Positions 1-9,500 of a stretch of DNA of 64,000 nucleotides are shown in pieces. Numbering within the stretch: position 1 is the first letter of the stretch; the number at the start of each line of letters is the position of its first letter. The translations under genes and the position numbers were made by a program. The notes under the pieces are model-generated. The model had not been told where the DNA came from, searched no databases, and saw nothing but the letters and a program-made list of their open reading frames with translations. The stretch covers positions 3,658,001 through 3,722,000 of the forward strand of contig NC_047062.1 in NCBI RefSeq assembly GCF_902459465.1. Reading direction: 5' to 3'. This stretch comes from Asterias rubens. Its lineage: Eukaryota.

Positions 1-352
1 ATGACAATTTGTGTGCTTATGAGATAGTCTAACTGATATGTCTAGTCATTTTAAGAATATAGGTCTGTTCCTGATGGTGCTAGAAAAACAGGTTTTGGTA
101 GAGACAAGTTTCGGAAGTCTTCATTACCATGTTGGACCCACGCTTGTTGGAGCTACACCTTGCATACCATACCAGGTTTCAATCCCATACAATATGTATG
201 TCATTGGTATCCAAATTGTCCCTGCTCAGACCATCTCTCTGGTGGTGTTATTTTCAAGTACCACATTCAGCTCCTTTAAATTTTCATTAGCATAATTTGC
301 ATATCATTAACATAAATTATAATAACCTCACTGTGTCTACGTATATTTACAG

Positions 353-542
353 GTGAAGCAAGCTCAAATCTTTGGTGCTATTGGTTTAATCCTGTACTCT
401 GATCCTGCGGATTATGCAGTGGGTGGTATCAGCAGCGTGTACCCAGATTCCTGGTGGCTCCCTGGGTATGGGGTACAGCGGGGTTCCTTGTATATCACAG
501 GGGTAGGAGGAGACCCCCTCACCCCAGGGTATCCATCTTTAG
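353..542 (+). CDS. M28B peptidase exon (PA domain: [21 protein letters not shown]...[11 protein letters not shown])
   Basis: Acceptor ttacag|GTG; donor TTAG|gtaagg; phase 0 to 1. Confidence 0.92.
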
Positions 543-3500
543 GTAAGGTTGTACCCAGATTCCTGGTGGCTCCCTGGGTATGGGGTACAACGGGGTTCCT
601 TGTATATCACAGGGGTAGGAGGAGACCCCCTCACCCCAGGGTATCCATCTTTAGGTAAGGTTGTACCCAGATTCCTGGTGGCTCCCTGGGTATGGGGTAC
701 AACGGGGTTCCTTGTATATCACAGGGGTAGGAGGAGACCCCCTAACCCCAGGGTATCCATCTTTAGGTAAGGTTGTACCTGGATTCCTTGTGGCTCCCTG
801 GGTATGCTATAAAACGGGGTTCCTTGTATATCACAGGGGTAGGAGGTGACCCCCTCACCCCAGGGTACCCATCATTAGGTAAGGTTGTACCCAGATTCCT
901 GGTGGCTCCCTGGGTATGGGGTACAGCGGGGTTCCTTGTATATACCTTTGCATTTAAGAGCTCATCTGTAGATGACAGAGGGCCCAATCAGTAGACGACA
1001 GACGGCACTGTTGAGATCACTGTTATTTGTCCACACTGTCAATTATGGACCCTTTCTAAACCTTGGTCTTGGCTCCGTGAGTTACATGGACTTTGACCTT
1101 TCTATGCTACACCTGGTGAGGGTTGCAAGGGGCTGGGACCATACCAGAAACACCCAGGCAACCTCCTTCTCTAAGCGTTAAGTGCACTAGGTTCTTTTTG
1201 TGCATTACACAACACACTGGACCTACCACTTCCAATCTAAAATGATGAGGTTTGACCATCATATTAGGAGAGACAACATTTTGTGATTGGTATTTTGAAT
1301 TCTTTGATTGATTATTTCTCTCATTGTAGATGGTGCGTTCAGAGAGGAAGAATCCTCAGTTGGTCTTCCTGAGATTCCTGTACAGCCCATCGGATATGAC
1401 GATGCTAAGATCATTCTTGGGTAAGATTAGGAAGGGTTTGACATTTGGTTGTTGATATGAGGTGTGGTGTCTTCTCCGGTGGCGACACCCAGTGAATTAA
1501 AAGGCAGTGCATTCTCCTCTACCAGCCAGGCTCCTAGTGGATGATACCCATGCCTACATCCTTGCAGACTGTGAAGAGGGTAACCCTGTTTCAGCCCTAG
1601 GAGTAGGTGGCAACATGACAGTTGAGCTGGTTTGACAGCCAAAATTAGCTAAGTCTAGCCCTCACTTTGAAGTTGGTGTCCAGCCTTATGGGCTGTGCGA
1701 TGTATCATAAAAAGAATGTGTTTGAATAGGGGCCGATTTCACAAAGAGTTGAGATTGATCTTATAGATGGATTGCACATGACGACATACGCCACCAAAAG
1801 AGCTGTAGCTGTTTTACAGAACACTCTCCAAAAAGAGATTTTAATATGTTTGCCCAATAGGTATTTTCTGAGAGCAAAACTCAAAATTCTTGAATGTGTA
1901 ATAGCAAACCAATCCCATCAGACCGACAGGTTCTGCAGTTGATGCATGCCCTTCAAGTTTGCCGGATAACTGTTTCCTAAGAAGGAGCAAGCCCTCGACA
2001 AAAAGGAAAACAACTAAAACATTTCACTCTTTGATTAATTTGTCTACAGTGAGCTTGAGGGCGACACTGCACCGAGTGAATGGCAGGGAGGGCTGAGTGG
2101 ACTGACCTACAAGCTGGGCCCAACATTGCGAGACAATAAGTATGTTTACAATTAAAATAATCATCAGTTAAAGGCAGTGGACACTATTGGTAATTACTCA
2201 AAATAATTATTAGCATAAAACCTCACTTGGTAACAAGTAATGGGGAGAGGTTGATGGTATAAAACATTGTGAGAAACGGCTCCCTCTGAAGTGAGGAAAG
2301 CAGTAATTTTCGAGACCTCATAATTAGAATTTGAGGTCTCGAAATCAAGCATCTGAAAGCACACAACTTCGTGTGACAATGGTGTTTTTTCTTTCATAGT
2401 TATCTCGCAACTTCGACGACCAATTGAGCTCAAATTTTCACAGGTTTGTTATTTTATGCATATGTTGAGATACACTAAGTGAGAAGACTGGTCAGTGACA
2501 ATTACCAATAGTGTCTAGTGTCTTTAAAGGGAAGCATCAGGAGGCATGGTTCATACTTCACGCTAAGGCTTGTGATGCGAATTATGTGATGCAAACCAAT
2601 CTTGTTCGCGCTGTTTTCTATTTTTTTTATGCAGGGAAGTTCGCTTAGTTTATTTGATGAGCGATTCCCAGGATTATAAAGCAGTGTAACACTAATGAGC
2701 CAAACTTAGAAAGTGCAATAACTGAAGGAAATCTAGGTGTACTGTGCAAAAATGAAGACGGAAAAAACACCTAAAACACACTTTTTATAACAAACGTAGA
2801 ACAAAACTGTGGAAAGGTGGAGCATATAGATGCATAGTTTAGTCATTAGCGAGTTGAAATAAGTAAGATTTGAGTGTGAGATTAAAGGCAAGTTATACCT
2901 TCGTTTTTTGGTTTGTTTTTTTGAACGGTTTACTTGGTTTAATAAATGTTGAAATGCTCAATAGCTAACATAGGAAAATTGCATTTCGAAAGGCAGTTTT
3001 GTTTTGAAATGACGCCAAAAAACTGTAGCGTTTATGTCCACACGGAAAGAGAAAAAAATAGTCCATAGTTTGAATAAACAACCTGAGAAATGCTCTGAGA
3101 ATTGTGTCATGCATGAAACATTTCTCAGATTGACAGTCTTTTGAAATAAAATACTTTAGAAGGGAATCGTAGAGACCTGAAAATACCTGGTGGAGACCTG
3201 TCCTTACACTGCTGCTAATCTGTCACTGATATTCCTGTTTTTTCCCCTCTTTTCTTCCAAGGAAAGTGAAACTGGAGGTGTTTAATAAAAATGTGCGACG
3301 GTCGACGTATAACGTCATTGGCATGATACCAGGAAGTGTTGAACCAGGTAATCACTGATCAAAAAATATGAACACTGGACAAAAAATATTAAGTAGGAAT
3401 TGAAACTTTGCATGGTGGAAGTAGAGAAGTTTGGGGTAAGCCCATGTGAATTTTCATTCATTCATTAATTTTATTTAAAAACAAAAACTGGCAGCACGGA

Positions 3501-6500
3501 GCTGAATAATGTGGCATTACAAGGTAACAATATTGATAAAAATTGCAGAGATAAAATACATAAAAATTGCACCACCACGGGGTACATAGGAACATTTTAA
3601 AATAAGATGACAATGAATAAATCAGCTAAAAAAGAGTAACCCTAGCATTTAAAAACTAAACAAATGTCAAAAACAATGATGGCAAAAATGGGAAAGCAAA
3701 TTTGATAAAACAAAATAAGATAAACAAACAAATACAGGATGTGGGAGACCCACTATGAGGATATCTTAGAGTTGTTAACCACCGTTTTCCAGAACCAACA
3801 CTACTCACAAGAGACATTCACATGGTGCAACCATAAACCTTTCTAAGTTAAATAATATTAACTCAGAATGAAATAAATAAGGGGGGAAACAGAAATTGGA
3901 AATTAAATAAAAATCAACTTTAGAAAGCATTGTGCTTTGGAATGACACACATTTATTTTTCAATTTCATTCTGCTGTTTGGGTCGAGTGTGGAGATATTT
4001 ACAAACCTGGCTTACAAGGGAAAACTCATCAAGGACTCGAATTTATTGCAAATCGGCCTGCTTAAAAAATAAATTGGAAAAGTTTCTTGCCACCACTTTT
4101 CACTTATTTTTACAAAAGGAATATGTAATTTTGGTAAATTAGACTTTTTTTATTTTATAAAGAAGGAAAAAGTGGTGGCAGGATACGGTAACTTTTCCAA
4201 TTTANNNNNNNNNNNNNNNNNNNNNNNNNNNNNNNNNNNNNNNNNNNNNNNNNNNNNNNNNNNNNNNNNNNNNNNNNNNNNNNNNNNNNNNNNNNNNNNN
4301 NNNNNNNNNNNNNNNNNNNNNNNNNNNNNNNNNNNNNNNNNNNNNNNNNNNNNNNNNNNNNNNNNNNNNNNNNNNNNNNNNNNNNNNNNNNNNNNNNNNN
4401 NNNNNNNNNNNNNNNNNNNNNNNNNNNNNNNNNNNNNNNNNNNNNNNNNNNNNNNNNNNNNNNNGCTTTGTACACCACGTCTCAAGCACTTCCAAAATTA
4501 TTACCCTGATCACCGGGCCATTTCATTCCTTAAACCATCTCGGCTCCTTGGGGTAGCGCACTAAGCTAAACCAATCACAAGAACCATCTCTGCCCTCACA
4601 AGTACCCATTTACCCCTGGGTTGAGAGATGCAATTATAGTAAAGTGTCTTCCTCAGTGACACAAGTGTCACGACCGGGATTCGAACCCACACTCTGCTGA
4701 AGAGAAACAGCAGAGCTTGAGTTCGGTGCTCTTATTCGCTCGGCCACGATACGCAACGACTTTCATTAAATAGTGTTTTATTTTCTTTGCAGATCGTTAT
4801 GTGATCGTTGGGAACCATCGTGATGGTTGGGTGTTTGGTGCAGTAGATCCATCCAGTGGTACGGCTGTTCTTATGGAGCTGGCTAGATCCATGGGCAAAC
4901 TTTATAAAGAAGGTAGGCTCTTACGACCTGGAAAAACCAGGGCCCAATGTCATAGAGCTGATTAAAGGATTTGGGTACTTTTTCAAAATGTCCATATATT
5001 TACATTAAACTTACAGGGTTTGAAGATAATGATAGTGGAAAGCTTCCCTTCAAATATTACTGAGGTGCTGTAGTTTGAGAAATGAGTAAAACAATGTAAT
5101 GAAAATATGTTTGTAACGCTTAAAATAATTTTGGTCTCATGAGGCGAAAATTATTTTTTAATTTAATATTTAATATTTGAGTTTATATAGCGCTTTTTCA
5201 TTCCCGAATGGGTGTCTCAAAGCGCTTCAAATTATTACCCCTGGTCACTGGGCCTTAATTCACTCCTTATAAACCATCTCGGCTCCCTGGGAGACATTGT
5301 GGACATTGTGGTTTTTTTTCCTACAAAATGTACAAACACCCTTTTTCAGGCACTGGACACTATTGGTTATTACTCAAAATAATTGATAGCATAAAAACTT
5401 ACTTGGTAACAAGCACAAGGGAGCTGTTGATAGTATAAAACATTGTGGGAGACGGCTCCCTCTGGAGTAACAAAGCTTTTGAGAAAGAGGTAGTTTCACA
5501 CTCAAAGACTTCAAGTCTAAAGCCTTTTTATTAGGTATCTGAAAGGATGCACTTTTGTGCAAAAAGGGTGTTTTGTCTGTCATTATTCTCCTGCAACTTC
5601 AATGACCAATTTATCCCAAATTTTCACAGGTTTGTTATTTTATGCATGTTGGGATACACCAAGTGAGAATACTGGTCTTTGACGACAGCAAAGGTGTCCA
5701 GTGCCTTTAAGCAACTCTATGAAATTTGGCCCTGGAATATATAAACTTGTAATGAAGTTGACTACTCAACCACATCCAACGATAGTCTGCGCAACGCGCA
5801 TTACAGAAATCATGGAGCATTAAAGTGGGCCCTCTAGTGCCGCTTCTGTACGACTGCTTCCCAAAAATGTTTTGACTTTTTGATAGCGGTTGGTGAGCAG
5901 AACTAACATGGGTGGGGGGGGGGGGGGGGTAAGTGGTTGCGTTGCTGAGACTTGAAAGCCTGTTGGATTTAGACTGATCAAAAAGTCAAGTCTAGCAGTA
6001 AAGTAGATGTTGCTATAAACGTGTGTGATGATGGCGGTTAAAAATATGCAACACCTACACAAATTTATACATAGAATCTACTCAAGATTTTTCATGGACT
6101 TTAAATGCTCAACTTTTAGGTCACAGTTTTTTGTAGACCGACTCAAAACATAAGCAGGTGAGAATTTGCTTTGATAGTATTTAAAGGATCAAATTCTCCA
6201 GGAGTGATTACGGTTGATTTTTTATCAGGCAGATTTCGACCTCGTCGTTCCATTGTGTTCTGCAGCTGGGGAGCCGAAGAGTACAGTCTGATCGGGTCTA
6301 CAGAATGGGTTGAGGTAGGCAATTGTTTATTTCTCATGGGCTAGAAAAGAAAGTGTAGAGTTATACAATGAATTTTTTAGTGGTTGATTATTCTTTAAAG
6401 GCACTGGACACTATTGGTCATTACTCAAAATAATTGTTAGCATAAAAACTTACTGGGTAACGAGCAATGGTGAGCTGTTGATAGTACAATACATTGTGAG

Positions 6501-9500
6501 AAACGGCTCCCTCTGAAGTGACGTAGTTTTGAGAAAGAAGTAATTTCTCACTCAAATATTTGAACTGATTTGAGACCTCAGCTGAGCTCTCGAAATCAAG
6601 CATCTGAAACCACACAACTTGTGCAAGCAAGGGTGTTTTTTCTTCCATTATTCTCTTGCAACTTGGAGCTCATAATTTCACAGGTTTGTTATTCTAATGT
6701 ATTTGTTGAGATACACCAATTGAGAAGACTGGTCTTTGACAATTACCAAAGGTGTCCTGGGGTGGATTTCACAAAGGTAGTCCTAACTTAGGACTAGGCA
6801 ATGCTAAGAGATAGGACCAGTCCTAAGTTAGGATGAGTTACTGGTCCTAACTTAGGACTGGTCCTATCTATTAGCATTGCCTAGGACTAGTCCTAAGTTA
6901 GGACTACCTTTGTGAAATCCACCCCAGTGCCTTTAAGTGTAACCATAGGAGTTACACAAATGCAGTAAGGTTCCACGAGGGCATCCCAGTAAGCCAAAAA
7001 GACAAAGATAAAACCTGAGACAAATAATCTGATCAGAAAGAAATTAAGAGACTGCTAAGGAACCAGAAATCTGCAGGAAAGGAGGCAACTCTTTAAAATA
7101 AACCAAAATGATATAACTTTTTGCTTGGGACTATAAAGTGCAGTAAAATTGGATTTGCATATTTTGGAGATTCTGGTGAATGGAGTTTATTGATCATTGA
7201 CCAAAGGAAATTGTTTGGCAAAAAGAAAGACTTAATTTCTTTGCAAACATGTGGATTTTGACTTAATTTTTCAAATTGATACTCATTTTCATTCTATGAC
7301 CTTCTGATCATGATGAATATGAATGACAGAGCAACAACTGACTTCACAGCACGAAAGCTTACAAAACTATTCCACATCTTGGGAGACATTAATGTCTGGC
7401 AGTTTTTCTTCTCTTTGTCATGAGATGTAATTCTCAATTTGATCGTTAATTTTCAAATCAACAACCTTTTTCAACAGGAGTTTGCCAAAACCCTCGGCAA
7501 GAGAGCAGTAGCGTATCTCAATGTGGATATCTCAGTACAGGGTAACTACACATTTAGAGCTAAGTCCACGCCGAATCTCTTCAGTGCAATCTATGAGGCT
7601 ACTAAGCAAGTCCCTGACGTTCCTTTACCCGGCCACATGGACACCGTGTACGATACTTGGGCAAAAAGGAAACCCTGGTCTAGTGAGAATCCTTTGCCAT
7701 AGTAAGTACATTGCATATAAGTATAAGGCAGTGGACACTAATGGTAATTACTCAAAATAATTATAGGCAAAAAGCCTTATTTGATAACAAGTAATAAGGA
7801 GCTGTTGATAGTAAGACATTGTGCGAAACGGCTCCCTCTGAAGTAATGTAGTTTTCGGGGAAAGAAGTATTTTTCCACGAATTTGATTTTGAGATGTCAG
7901 AATTACATTTTGAGGTCTTGAAATCAAGCCCCTGAAACCAGACAACTACGTGTGACAAGGGTGTTTTTTCTTCCATTATTATCTCGCAACTTGGACAACC
8001 AATTGAGCTCAAATTTTCACAGGTTTGTTATTATATGCATATGTTGAGATACACCAAGTGAGGAGAACTAATGGTCTATGACAATTACCAATAGTGTCCA
8101 GTGTTTTTTGAATCTCATCACCTTTATTCAAGGCTCTTCATGGGTCATTTCAAGACTTGCATCTGATCTTCTGCATAAATATATTCCCATTTGTCAAATT
8201 CGTTCTGCTGGCCAATCCTTACTGATGCAAACTACTGTTTCCACAACTCTGTTCTGATTTTCAAGGGACTTTTAAAGACTCCCTCGTTTGAATCTACATT
8301 TTTGTAACAAATTGCGTCATATATTTCAATGGGTGTTTGTTTTTTGTTGTGCATAGATCCTTATTATACTCACACCAAGCAAAGTTTCAAATCCTATTTC
8401 TTTTCTTGTGTTTGGTGGTAGTGTTTCTAATGTTGGATCGGGGAGTGACTATGCAGCGTTTCTAGGTGAACTTGGAATATCGTCAGTAGATCTACGCTAT
8501 GACTACAACACAGTAAGTGCCACTCCTTGGAGTTCTCATTATAGTTCTCATTTAATGTCCGAGCGGATACCCAAGCCTACATCCGTATGGACTGTAAAAG
8601 GGGTAACACTGTTTCAGCCCTAGCAGTAGGTGGCAACAGCCTCTGGAATAAAATAATTGTAGCCCACACCTTGAAGTTGCCATCCGTCCTTGTGTGTATG
8701 GCGACTTGCATTAAGATTAAAATAAAACGGACTCGAGCTCAGGTGTTTCTGATCAGCAGAGTGTGGGTTCGAGTCCCGCTCAAGACACTTAACCATTACT
8801 GCTGCAATTTCAGATGGGACATAAAGCCTGTGTGTTATGTAATGCATGTAAAACTCTGTGCACTTATCCTAAAGAGAAAGGGCTCGCCCAGGTGTTCCTG
8901 GTTTGATTGGCTGCATATTGCGCCACAGCTTTGTGCTTTGTTGTGAAAACAAATTTAAGTTTCCCTCGTCCTTTACACAAACCCTTCCACCTAGACAATT
9001 TTGATCTCTTAATATTTCATGTATTTCAAATAAATATTTTGCCGTTATTTCAAACATTTCAGTACTCCTTTTAAATTTGTTATTGCTATGTATTTTGCTT
9101 ATCCTATATTGTAAGATTTTATGGAGCTTTCTCAGTGTATTTTTATATGTAGCTGATTTTTATATTTGTGTAAAGCGCTTTGTATTGAGGCCATGCATAA
9201 GACGCTTTATAAATGTTCCTTTATTATTATTTATTATTATTATTATGCATTTTTAATAAAATTCTGCCTTTGTCTTTTTTTTCTAGGATTTGAATATTTC
9301 CAGCTATCCCTTGTATCATTCAATGTACGAGACCTTCCGCCTGGTATCGGAGATCATGGACCCTGACTTCCACTACCACCTTGCAGTGAGTAAGGTGTGG
9401 GGCGAGCTGGCTAGATCCCTAGCAGACTCAGTCATGTTGCCGTTCGACTGTCGCACGTATGTTGCTCACCTTCAAGGCTCGATTACAACATTGAAAACCA

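Noticed and set aside
549-994. ORFs 549-770, 661-849 and 773-994 as separate peptidase paralogues
   Set aside because: They are frame-shifted read-throughs of the 112-bp exon-end repeat, not genes.
1500-1685. Intronic segment similar to 8565-8690, as a conserved regulatory duplicate
   Set aside because: The shared gtaaaaggggtaaccctgtttcagccctaggagtaggtggcaac is more simply a fragment of an interspersed repeat; no evidence of function.
4150-4564. ORFs spanning 4150-4564
   Set aside because: Artefacts of the N gap (poly-X).
4660-4752. tRNA genes at tRNA-like heads (also 12180-12265, 18018-18085, 19618, 21936)
   Set aside because: A/B-box-like motifs run into SINE bodies, and no complete cloverleaf with an acceptor stem was found.
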